Source: Candidatus Latescibacterota bacterium (GTDB lineage: Bacteria; Latescibacterota; UBA2968; UBA8231). From it: a stretch of DNA of 64,000 nt. Below, in pieces: positions 56,001 to 64,000 of the stretch. Every line of letters starts with the position of its first letter. Position 1 is the stretch's first letter. Position numbers and translations under genes: made by a program. The notes below the pieces were generated by a model, which was not told where the DNA came from, made no database searches, and saw nothing but the letters and a program-made list of their open reading frames with translations. Location of the stretch: positions 4,736,001-4,800,000 of the forward strand of contig CBDCDC010000002.1 of the NCBI GenBank assembly GCA_965215195.1, read 5' to 3'.

Positions 56001-56756
56001 CTAGGGGGCCAGCTTTCCCGGTATGAGCTCGTAGTAATCGGATTCTGTTTGCAGCGTATCTCGAGCCGCCGGTGCGGTTTCTTCGTCGGTTGCGACGAGC
56101 GCGGGTCGCTGCTTGTTGCGAAACTTGAAGTCGATCTCCTCGATGGCCTTTTTCATCTGTTGGCCCAAAATCCCGCTCAACGCGGCCACCGTGTATTTCA
56201 TGGCCGAGAAGAACACCTGTCTCTCCTCGGCGAAATCGGCCTGCCATATAACTTGGCCATCGGCCTGCCTCACTAGCTCCAGCGTCATAACCAGATGGGC
56301 CGCCCACAGGTCGCCGCTGTCAAAGCGCTCGATGGCTTTGACTGAGCCGCTGAGCACGTAATCCGGGCGGTGCTCAAAAAAGTCGCGATCCCCGCCGACA
56401 TAGGTAAAGAGGTCGGCTTGGCGCAAGTATTGCTCAACCGCGTCGGTGATCATGTCGCCGGGGCGCTCCATCCAGTGGTGGAGATTGTCGCGCCGCAACT
56501 CGTACTGGTCGCGGCGGCGGATGATGTGGGTGCGGTCATAGGCTCGGGGCACCTCAAAGCCCTTGACCTGCACTTGGAAAGGGTACGGACGCTCGGAACC
56601 TTCCAAGCTACCGCGCAAGGGTTCGATATGGAGCTTGAAGTAGCGCCGCTGCGGCAGCTTGGCGTCGCCGCCTAGCATTTGGGCGCAGCCGGATAGAGCG
56701 GCGGCCAAGACGAGGGCTTGACCGCAGCGGCGCACTCGGCTATTGGGCTGCACCAC
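56001..56756 (-). CDS. ABC-type transport auxiliary lipoprotein (PqiC-like)
   Basis: LSGC lipobox, YDRTHI, HHW...P, DYVLSG; follows MlaD. Confidence 0.8.
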   Translation of the reverse strand: MVQPNSRVRRCGQALVLAAALSGCAQMLGGDAKLPQRRYFKLHIEPLRGSLEGSERPYPFQVQVKGFEVPRAYDRTHIIRRRDQYELRRDNLHHWMERPGDMITDAVEQYLRQADLFTYVGGDRDFFEHRPDYVLSGSVKAIERFDSGDLWAAHLVMTLELVRQADGQVIWQADFAEERQVFFSAMKYTVAALSGILGQQMKKAIEEIDFKFRNKQRPALVATDEETAPAARDTLQTESDYYELIPGKLAP

Positions 56757-57717
56757 TGCGACCTCGGATGAGCACCGCGGGGTTCTCGCGGATTAGTTCG
56801 GTGGTTTCGCGGATATTCTGCAAAGTTTCCTCCAGTTCCCGCATGGCGCGCAGGAGATTCTGCCGGCTGGCCCCCACCGTTTGGTCGATGCCCACAAAGG
56901 TCCGGTCGATATGGCTTAGCACGGTGTCCAGCCGTGCGACGAGCAGAGGGACCGGGCCGTCTAGTTGCTGGCGCAACTTGTGCATGGTCACTTGCAGGTC
57001 GTCAACCGTCTGTTGCAGCTTCGCGCCCACGAGCAAGGCGTGCAGGGAATCGGCCGTCACCGCCAACGTCGCGCTAGCCGCGGCCAGCGAGCGACTGGTG
57101 GCAACCATGTTGACCGCTGTCTCGTCGAATGCAGAGCGGTTGTCCTCGACCAGCGCGTTAGCCGTGGCCAGCAGATTGCCCGCGTTGTTCAGCGTCTCGG
57201 TAAAGACGCGCTGGTTTTCGCTGCTGAGCAGCGCACTTAGGTCGTCGATGACTTGTTCAACCTTGGCGCTGAGCACTTCGGCGCGCTCTTGCATGCTGCT
57301 AAAAAAGGTCTCGCCCGCGACAATTGTGGAGCCCGGGGGGAGGACCGGGGCGTCGTTGCTGCCCCCGTAAAGCTCAATGTACTTCAGGCCGGTAATCCCC
57401 AGCGAGGCCATGCGCGCTTGCGTGTCGGTGCGGATGGCGTTTGCGGCCAGCCGCCTCTCGAGCGAAATCTCCACGACCACGGTGGCGAGGTGATCCCGCG
57501 CGATCGCGATGTCCTCGACTCGGCCAATGCTGAAGCCCAAGTACTTGACGTCCGCGCCTTTGTTGAGGCCGCTGACCGGCGAGTTGGACTCAATGTAGTA
57601 GGTATCGCGCTGGCTCAAGAGATGGCTGCCGGCGACGACGATGAAGAAGAGCGCGAGGACCGCGAGCGAAACCAAGAAGAAAATGCCGAGTCGTATTTGC
57701 TGTGCTCGGGTAGCCAT
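56740..57717 (-). CDS. mlaD: MCE/MlaD-family protein with long helical C-terminus
   Basis: VSGL.KGADVKY.G..IGRV, GITGLKYIEL, C-terminal ENPAVLIRG. Confidence 0.9.
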   Translation of the reverse strand: MATRAQQIRLGIFFLVSLAVLALFFIVVAGSHLLSQRDTYYIESNSPVSGLNKGADVKYLGFSIGRVEDIAIARDHLATVVVEISLERRLAANAIRTDTQARMASLGITGLKYIELYGGSNDAPVLPPGSTIVAGETFFSSMQERAEVLSAKVEQVIDDLSALLSSENQRVFTETLNNAGNLLATANALVEDNRSAFDETAVNMVATSRSLAAASATLAVTADSLHALLVGAKLQQTVDDLQVTMHKLRQQLDGPVPLLVARLDTVLSHIDRTFVGIDQTVGASRQNLLRAMRELEETLQNIRETTELIRENPAVLIRGRSGAAQ

Positions 57718-57768
57718 AAAGACGCTGTGAAATAAGTCGTGATTGAAATGCCGCCCCGTCGGGCAATA

Positions 57769-58674
57769 TCAGCAACGCACCCCCTGCGAGCAAGAACTCG
57801 GCACCACCACCCGCAGGGCGGCCGGGCTAATTTCCAGCACGAGCGGCGTCTGGCCAAAGTACTCGCCATCAGCATACGCGCTGTGCGGCGCGTCGGTGTG
57901 CAGCGCTAGGCGGGCCGTGCGCTCGATGCGCACGGCTGGATGGCGGACGTGTCCTCGCCAAAAGAGGCGGAGCATCAGCGACAGAATCGCCCGCCGCGGC
58001 ACCGCATTGACGACGACCACGTCGAATAGACCATCGCCTAAATCGGCATTTGGGGCAACGCACAAATTGCCTCCATAGTTCCGCGCATTGGCGGTAGATA
58101 CTTGCAGCACCTCTTGCTCAATCTCCCCGAAATCGCCACAGAGGCGGACCCAGACCGGCTGGTAGCGAACGACGTGCCGCAATGCTTCTAAGATATAGCG
58201 GGGCCGCCCGGCCCAAGGCCCTTGGGCGCTTTCCATGCGGCGATTGACTTCGGCGTCAAAGCCAAAGGCGACGATGGTGGCAAAGAAGCGGTCGCCGGCC
58301 CGGCCCAAGTCTATGGTGCGCACCTCGCCGCCCAGCAGGTTGCCTATGGCCGCTTCCACGCGCAGCGACACGGCGAGGGCGCGGGCCAAGTCGTTGCACG
58401 TGCCGCAGGGCAGCAGCCCCAAGGCCGTATGCGAGCCAGCAAGGGGCGCGAGCGTCTCGCCGATGGTGCCGTCGCCGCCGCAAACCACGAGCCGCTCAGC
58501 ACCCTCGGCCACGGCCTGCTGCGCCAGCTCAGTTGCGTGGCCTTTGGCCCGCGTGTAGCGCAACTCAACCGCTTGACCGGCGTCCTGTATAGCCAAGGCG
58601 GCTTGCTCGGCGACGCTGCGGGCGCGGGCGTTGCCCGCGGTTGGATTGGCTATCAAGACCCAGTGTTTGGACAT
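57769..58674 (-). CDS. Diacylglycerol/lipid kinase (YegS/DAGK family)
   Basis: NPTAG, GGDGT, PCGTCNDLAR, GFDAEV, YGG, ADGE. Confidence 0.92.
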   Translation of the reverse strand: MSKHWVLIANPTAGNARARSVAEQAALAIQDAGQAVELRYTRAKGHATELAQQAVAEGAERLVVCGGDGTIGETLAPLAGSHTALGLLPCGTCNDLARALAVSLRVEAAIGNLLGGEVRTIDLGRAGDRFFATIVAFGFDAEVNRRMESAQGPWAGRPRYILEALRHVVRYQPVWVRLCGDFGEIEQEVLQVSTANARNYGGNLCVAPNADLGDGLFDVVVVNAVPRRAILSLMLRLFWRGHVRHPAVRIERTARLALHTDAPHSAYADGEYFGQTPLVLEISPAALRVVVPSSCSQGVRC

Positions 58675-58740
58675 AGCTTGGGTTGTCCCATGAGCGGCCT
58701 TGCACGTAGATTAAAACTGCTAAAAAGATAACATCAAAAC

Positions 58741-58887
58741 ATGGCCAAGCGAAAACGAGACATCGAGTGGGCCGACCAGCGCCGCGAACTGGAAAAACAG
58801 GTCCAACACCCCTATATCACCAAGCAAGGGCTAGACCGGAATCGGCGCGGCGGCAAGGGCCGCAATCCTAGGCGTCCGGCGCAGTGA
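58741..58887 (+). CDS. 48-aa basic small protein
   Basis: Manual translation MAKRKRDIEWADQRRELEKQVQHPYITKQGLDRNRRGGKGRNPRRPAQ; below ORF-track cutoff. Confidence 0.5.
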   Translation: MAKRKRDIEWADQRRELEKQVQHPYITKQGLDRNRRGGKGRNPRRPAQ

Positions 58888-58986
58888 GCCTCCTTGTCGC
58901 AGGGCATCCCGCTCTCTATATTACAGCGCTTTGAGCCTCCCACTCGCTGCACGGGATGGGGCTTTTGTCCGTTCCGCTATTCCGCT

Positions 58987-61900
58987 ATGATCAGAGAATT
59001 CTATCAGGGCCGCACCGTGTTGCTCACCGGCGGCACCGGGTTTTACGGGCAGGGACTAACGGCCAAGATCCTGCGCCATCTGCCCGGCGTGCGGCGCTTG
59101 TACCTCGTGTTGCGGCCCGGTCGGGGGCCTGGCGGGGCCGCGCTGCCGGTAGAGGAGCGGCTGGACGAGCTTTTCAAGCTGGTCGTCTTCGACCGCTTTC
59201 GCCGCGAGGAGCCAGCCACCTTTGCCGCGGCCCGGCAGAAGGTGCGTGCCCTCGCCTGCGACATGCAGCAGCCGGGCCTCGGGTTAGACCAAGCATCGCG
59301 CGACGAGCTGCTGGCGGAAGTTGATCTCATCATCGGCAATGCGGCCAGCGTCACCTTTGACGAACCGCTCGACTCGGCGATCCAATTCAACACCTTAGCG
59401 CCGCAGGAGCTTTTGCGGCTGGCCCGTGAAGGCCGCAAAAAGCCCGTCTTAGTACACGTCTCAACCGCGTACGTCAACGGTCGCCTCACCGGCACCATCT
59501 CCGAGCGAACACTGCCGGTTGACCGCACAGTTCAGCACCTAATCGACCGCAGCACACCTCCACAACCTTTCGTCCCGGAAGAAGAGATCGCCCAAGCGCA
59601 AGCCCTCTGCCGAGCCATTCGCGCCCAAGCGCAAAGCCCCGAGCAACAGCGAGCCTTCCGCCGCGAGATCGTCGAGCAGAGCCACCGCCGCACGCTCTCG
59701 GACAGCCGCTTGCAAAAGCTGATTGACGACCGCTGTCGTCGCTGGATCGAGCGCGAGCTGGTTGAGGAGGGGATGCGCCGAGCGCGGCAGCATGGCTGGA
59801 ACGACGTGTACACTTTTACCAAGGCCATGGGCGAACAGCTACTCGTCAAGCACCGCGGCCAAGTGCCGCTGGCCATTGTGCGGCCCAGCGTCACCGAAGG
59901 CGCACTCGAAGATCCGCATCCAGGCTGGATCCACGGGCTCAAAGTGACCGATCCGCTGGTGGTGGCCTACGGGCGGGGGATCGTCCCGGACTTCCCGGCC
60001 GCAGTCGGCGCACCCATGGACTTGGTGCCCGTGGACATCGTCGTCAATACCGTGCTGGCCGCGGCCACGCAGGCCACGGCCTCTAAAGTGGAGGTCTTCC
60101 ACGCGGCGACCAGCGAGGAAAACCCCCTGCCCAACACCCGAATGTTCAAGTACATCAAGTCCTATTTTGAGGAACACCCCCTCCTCAACAAGGACGGCTC
60201 GCGGCCCGAGCTAGTGGATTGGACCTTCCCGACCGTGGCCCGCTTCCAGCGCATCTTCAACTGGAAGTACCTCTATCCGCTGGAGGTAAGGCAAAAGCTC
60301 TACGAGTACCTGCCCGAGCGCTGGGCACCGGCCCAGAAGAAGCGCCGCTTGGCCGCGCTCAAGATGCGCCTCAAGCGCGTCCAGTACTTCACCGACCTGT
60401 TCAGCCCGTACACGACCCTCGATTGCCGCTATGAGACCAAGCGCATGTTGGCCCTGTACGAGTCGCTGCCCCCAGAAGAGCAGCGGATCTTCAACATGGA
60501 CGTGCGGCGGATCGACTGGTATCAATACTATCAAAAGACCCACCTGCCCGGCCTCCGGCGCCACGAGCTGGGCGGGGCCGACGACGACCGAGAGCCGTTG
60601 GGCGCGGCACCGGGCGAAGTGGGAGGCGAAGAGCAGCGCTGGCGCATCGAGGAAAGCATCCGCACCATCCCGGACCTGTTGCGCTGGGCCTGCGGCCGCT
60701 ACGCCGCCAGAACGGCCTTGCAAATTGAGCACCGAGCCGGCTGGACGCGGATCAGCTACGACGAGTTGCTCACCCGCGCCGAGCGCACAGCGCGCAGTTG
60801 GCAAGCACAGGGTGCGTCGTCCGGTGCGCGGGTCCTGCTGTGCGGGGACAACGGGCCGGAGTGGGTCGTCGCCTACATGGCCGCCAGCCTGCTCGGGCTA
60901 GCGGTCGTGCCCATCGGCCCGCAGACGCGCGAGGAAGACATCTGGAGGCTGGGCGACTTTGTCGGAGCGCGGGCGCTAATCGCAGCGGAAAAGCGCTTTT
61001 CCCAGCTCTCGCCCGAGGGCGTGGCCGCCCACAAGGAAATGGCCTTTTTCAACATAGATCGCGACGGCCTGCCATTCGGGCACGCTCCCGAGCCAATCGC
61101 GTCCGCCAAAGAAGGCCGTTGGAAGCCGCCGCGAATTGAGCCAGCCGCCACCGCGTCGATCCTCTTTACCTCCGTCGTCGAGCCGCGCGGGGTGATGTTG
61201 AGCCATCGCAACCTCATCTCCAACGTCCTCGCCCAAGGGGAGGTGCTGCGCATCTACGAATCCGATCGCATGCTCTCGACCCTGCCCCTGCACCAGGCCC
61301 TCGAATTCACCGGCGGCTTGCTGCTGCCGCTGCTCGGCGGGACCACCATCACGTATTTAGAGGCCGTCAACAGCCGCGAGATGCTCCGCACCCTGCGCGA
61401 TACGCGCACGACCGTGCTGTTGACCGCGCCGCGCCTGTTGCGCGTCTTGGCCGACCGCGTCGAGCGCCTCGGAGCCGAGGCCACGGCTGCGCTCGCCGCT
61501 CTGAGGCGAGTCGTCAGCGTCGGCGCGGCCCTGTCCGACGACCTCAGCGGCGCTTATGAGCGTCTCGGCGTGGCGATTTGCCAAGGCTACGGCCTGAGCG
61601 AAGCGGCCTCGATCGTAGCGGTCAATGCGCCCAAGCAGGGCAGAGCCAAGTCGGTGGGGCAGGTGCTGCCCGGGCAGCAAGTGCAGATCGCCGAGCCGGA
61701 CGAGCGCGGCGTCGGCGAGGTTTTGGTGCGCGGTGCCAACGTCATGGAGGGATACTTCTCCCAAGAGGAGCTGACCCAAGCGGTGTTGCGCGATGGGTGG
61801 CTACACACCGGCGATCTCGGCCGCCTAGACGACGCAGGCTATCTCTTCGTCGAGGGGCGGAGCAAAGACCTGATCGTCAACGGGGCCGGCCACAACGTCT

Positions 61901-63183
61901 ATCCACGCGAAGTCGAATCGCTCTACCGCGGCTTGCCACACGTGGCCGAGCTGAGCGTGGTCGGCGTACCTTCGGCTCGCACCGGGGGCGAAGAAGTACA
62001 CGGCGTGGCCGTGCTCAACAGCGACGCCGAAGAGGCCGAGGACTTGCGCGAGGCCATCCAAGTGCGCTCATACGAGATTTCGCGCACTTTGCCCAGCTAT
62101 CACCGGATCCAGTGCCTGCACTTTTGGACCCGACCGCTGCCGAGGATGGACGACGGGGCCGTGGACCGCCAAGCCCTGTTGTCCGCCATTGAGCGCGAAG
62201 AAAGCCCAGGCGCTGCCCTGCCAGAATGGGAGCGGGCGATCCAGCGCCAAATCGGCCTGCTCGCGGGTCTGAGCAGCGGGGAGGTAGCAGCGCACCTAGA
62301 CGCGCCGCTCGACACCTTGTTGGATTCCCTGATGGCGGTGGAGTTCGCCGCGTGGCTCGGCCAGCGGCTGGGGACTCAAGTCGATAAGCTCTTGCAGCCA
62401 CAGGACACGCTCCGCAGCGTCTTGGCGCGCATAGAGGCCCACTTGCGCGATGGGGTGGACTGGGAGGTGGAGCAGTCGCCCGCGTACTGGTCGGGCATTT
62501 TGCACGCCGAGCCAAGTGCCGAGCCAGAGAGCGAGGCCGGTAAAAAGATGCTGCAAGAAATCTTGTGGGAGACCGGCGGCCCCTTGTTCCGCCGCTTTTT
62601 CGACCTCCGAGCCGGCGGCTTAGAGCACCTGCCGCAAGATCGGCCCTACCTGATTGCCGCCAACCACGCCAGCCACCTCGACGGTGCTTGCGTGTACGCG
62701 GCCGTGCGCTCCCATGTGGATCACCTCAATATCGCAACCAGCGAGCACTACCTCGCCGACTCCGAGTTTCGCTGGTTTTTGTCCACCTTTGCCAACGCCA
62801 TCCCCTTCGACGGCCGCGGCGATTTTGCCGCCGGCTTGGTGCGGGCGCGGCAATTGATGGGGGTGCGCCGCCCGCTGCTGGTCTTTCCTGAAGGCACGCG
62901 CTCGGTCAATGGCCAGCTACAGCCGTTTAAGGCGGGCGTGGGGCTTTTGGCTTACGAGCTAGATGCGCCCGTAGTGCCCCTGCACATTGCCGGCACCCGC
63001 GAAGCCCTGCCCAAGGGGACGCGCACACCAACGCGCCACCCCTTGCGCCTGCTCTTTGGCTCCCCCGTGGCAACCACCTCTTTCAAGGGGTGCGCCACGG
63101 CATTGAGCCCCTATGAGATTTACTACGAGATCGCCGCGGCTCTCAAGCGACAGATCGAGGCGCTGGGCCGCAAAAATATCTGA
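58987..63183 (+). CDS. ElbD-like multidomain lipid enzyme: fatty acyl reductase + adenylation + ACP + acyltransferase
   Basis: TGGTGF.G and YTFTK (FAR), GWLHTGDLG (A domain), LDSL (ACP Ser), NHASHLD and FPEGTRS (PlsC); ATG 58987. Confidence 0.88.
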   Translation: MIREFYQGRTVLLTGGTGFYGQGLTAKILRHLPGVRRLYLVLRPGRGPGGAALPVEERLDELFKLVVFDRFRREEPATFAAARQKVRALACDMQQPGLGLDQASRDELLAEVDLIIGNAASVTFDEPLDSAIQFNTLAPQELLRLAREGRKKPVLVHVSTAYVNGRLTGTISERTLPVDRTVQHLIDRSTPPQPFVPEEEIAQAQALCRAIRAQAQSPEQQRAFRREIVEQSHRRTLSDSRLQKLIDDRCRRWIERELVEEGMRRARQHGWNDVYTFTKAMGEQLLVKHRGQVPLAIVRPSVTEGALEDPHPGWIHGLKVTDPLVVAYGRGIVPDFPAAVGAPMDLVPVDIVVNTVLAAATQATASKVEVFHAATSEENPLPNTRMFKYIKSYFEEHPLLNKDGSRPELVDWTFPTVARFQRIFNWKYLYPLEVRQKLYEYLPERWAPAQKKRRLAALKMRLKRVQYFTDLFSPYTTLDCRYETKRMLALYESLPPEEQRIFNMDVRRIDWYQYYQKTHLPGLRRHELGGADDDREPLGAAPGEVGGEEQRWRIEESIRTIPDLLRWACGRYAARTALQIEHRAGWTRISYDELLTRAERTARSWQAQGASSGARVLLCGDNGPEWVVAYMAASLLGLAVVPIGPQTREEDIWRLGDFVGARALIAAEKRFSQLSPEGVAAHKEMAFFNIDRDGLPFGHAPEPIASAKEGRWKPPRIEPAATASILFTSVVEPRGVMLSHRNLISNVLAQGEVLRIYESDRMLSTLPLHQALEFTGGLLLPLLGGTTITYLEAVNSREMLRTLRDTRTTVLLTAPRLLRVLADRVERLGAEATAALAALRRVVSVGAALSDDLSGAYERLGVAICQGYGLSEAASIVAVNAPKQGRAKSVGQVLPGQQVQIAEPDERGVGEVLVRGANVMEGYFSQEELTQAVLRDGWLHTGDLGRLDDAGYLFVEGRSKDLIVNGAGHNVYPREVESLYRGLPHVAELSVVGVPSARTGGEEVHGVAVLNSDAEEAEDLREAIQVRSYEISRTLPSYHRIQCLHFWTRPLPRMDDGAVDRQALLSAIEREESPGAALPEWERAIQRQIGLLAGLSSGEVAAHLDAPLDTLLDSLMAVEFAAWLGQRLGTQVDKLLQPQDTLRSVLARIEAHLRDGVDWEVEQSPAYWSGILHAEPSAEPESEAGKKMLQEILWETGGPLFRRFFDLRAGGLEHLPQDRPYLIAANHASHLDGACVYAAVRSHVDHLNIATSEHYLADSEFRWFLSTFANAIPFDGRGDFAAGLVRARQLMGVRRPLLVFPEGTRSVNGQLQPFKAGVGLLAYELDAPVVPLHIAGTREALPKGTRTPTRHPLRLLFGSPVATTSFKGCATALSPYEIYYEIAAALKRQIEALGRKNI

Positions 63184-63185
63184 TT

Positions 63186-63938
63186 ATGTACCCCTATCTA
63201 TTCGAAATCGGCCCCATTAGCATCGGCACGTTTGGCCTCATGGTCGCCCTCGGCTTCCTAGCGTCCCTGCACGTGCTCAACCGCGAATTCGAGCGCCAAG
63301 GGCTGCACCCAGAGCTGGGATCGACGATTGTCACCACCGGCATGATCGGCGGGCTCGTCGGGGCCAAACTCTACTTTGTGCTATTTGAAACCTCGCCTGA
63401 GACTTGGGGCGAGGTATTCGACCTGACATTTTCCGGCTACGGCTTGACTTGGTACGGGGGGTTTGTCGTGGCCGCTGGCGGCGTGCTTTGGCAAATTCGC
63501 CGCCGCGATGCGCCGCTGGGCCAAGTTGCCGACTCAGTGGGCATTGCCCTTGCCGTGGGCTACGGGGTCGGGCGGATCGGTTGCCAGCTCGCCGGCGATG
63601 GCGACTACGGGGTGCCGACCGATCTCCCTTGGGGCATGGCCTATCCCAACGGGGTGGTGCCGACCCTTGAAAAGGTCCATCCCGCGCCAGTGTACGAAAC
63701 CCTCGCGCACTTGGGAATCGCGGCCTTGTTGTGGAAGATGCGGACCCGCGTTGAGCCTCCGGGCCTGTTGTTCAGCTTCTATCTCGTCCTCGCCGGGCTG
63801 GCGCGGTTCGCAGTGGAGTTCATTCGGATCAATCCGCGCGTACTGTGGGGCCTGAGCCAAGCCCAGCTTCTCAGCATCGCCATGATTGTCTGCGGCTTGG
63901 GGCTGATGCTGTATCTGCAACGCCGGAAGGCTTCTTGA
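63186..63938 (+). CDS. lgt: Prolipoprotein diacylglyceryl transferase
   Basis: GL.WYGG, GRIGC, HP.PVYE, RF.VEFIR. Confidence 0.92.
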   Translation: MYPYLFEIGPISIGTFGLMVALGFLASLHVLNREFERQGLHPELGSTIVTTGMIGGLVGAKLYFVLFETSPETWGEVFDLTFSGYGLTWYGGFVVAAGGVLWQIRRRDAPLGQVADSVGIALAVGYGVGRIGCQLAGDGDYGVPTDLPWGMAYPNGVVPTLEKVHPAPVYETLAHLGIAALLWKMRTRVEPPGLLFSFYLVLAGLARFAVEFIRINPRVLWGLSQAQLLSIAMIVCGLGLMLYLQRRKAS

Positions 63939-64000
63939 TGGCCAAGGCGCGCTACCCGCGCATCTCCAGCTTTAAGCAGGCAGCCGACTTTCGCGCCCAC
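63938..64000 (+). CDS. Start of next gene (partial), possibly NADH:flavin oxidoreductase
   Basis: ATG overlaps lgt stop; MAKARYPRISSFKQAADFRAH; only 21 codons visible. Confidence 0.4.
   Translation, partial: MAKARYPRISSFKQAADFRAH

Noticed and set aside
1-64000. Stop-codon recoding, rRNA or tRNA genes
   Set aside because: Conserved genes are full length under the standard code, and no tRNA or rRNA-like sequence was recognised

Overview
GC-rich bacterial chromosome segment. Gene content (CRTAC1/FG-GAP proteins, FlgD-Ig-tailed paralogs, a C-terminal 'AVE..SWGxIK' motif, a DUF6785-like membrane protein) suggests Latescibacterota or a related FCB lineage (inference). Layout: (i) 1-18.3 kb housekeeping: nrdR (partial), a TPR-exbB-exbD-exbD-tonB operon, accD, Omp85, surE, rpmI-rplT-pheS-pheT-zapB-zapA-rny-ymdB-xseA-xseB-recN-pgsA. 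(ii) 18.3-25.5 kb: an AT-richer two-gene insert, a zincin/TolB/barrel fusion, an unknown 607-aa enzyme and PhyH. (iii) A 124-bp MITE-like element with TIRs, a 9-bp target duplication and an internal REP-like palindrome. (iv) 25.9-48.3 kb: a lower-GC cell-envelope locus, the best candidate for an undescribed system. It holds a CBM9-like protein, three discoidin/FlgD-Ig paralogs, a putative novel outer-membrane barrel with Ca-binding loops, a parvulin lipoprotein, three CRTAC1 proteins, a TPR protein, an FGE-fold protein and a DUF6785-like transporter. (v) 48.3-64 kb: a DegT/pseudo-dipeptidase cluster, folA, an MCE operon with an embedded barrel gene, DAGK, an ElbD-like FAR-A-ACP-acyltransferase with an apparently dead adenylation domain, and lgt. 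The whole window appears to show erosion of CCWGG into CTTGG/CCAAG/CTAGG/CCTAG. All calls are from motif recognition by eye; no searches were run.
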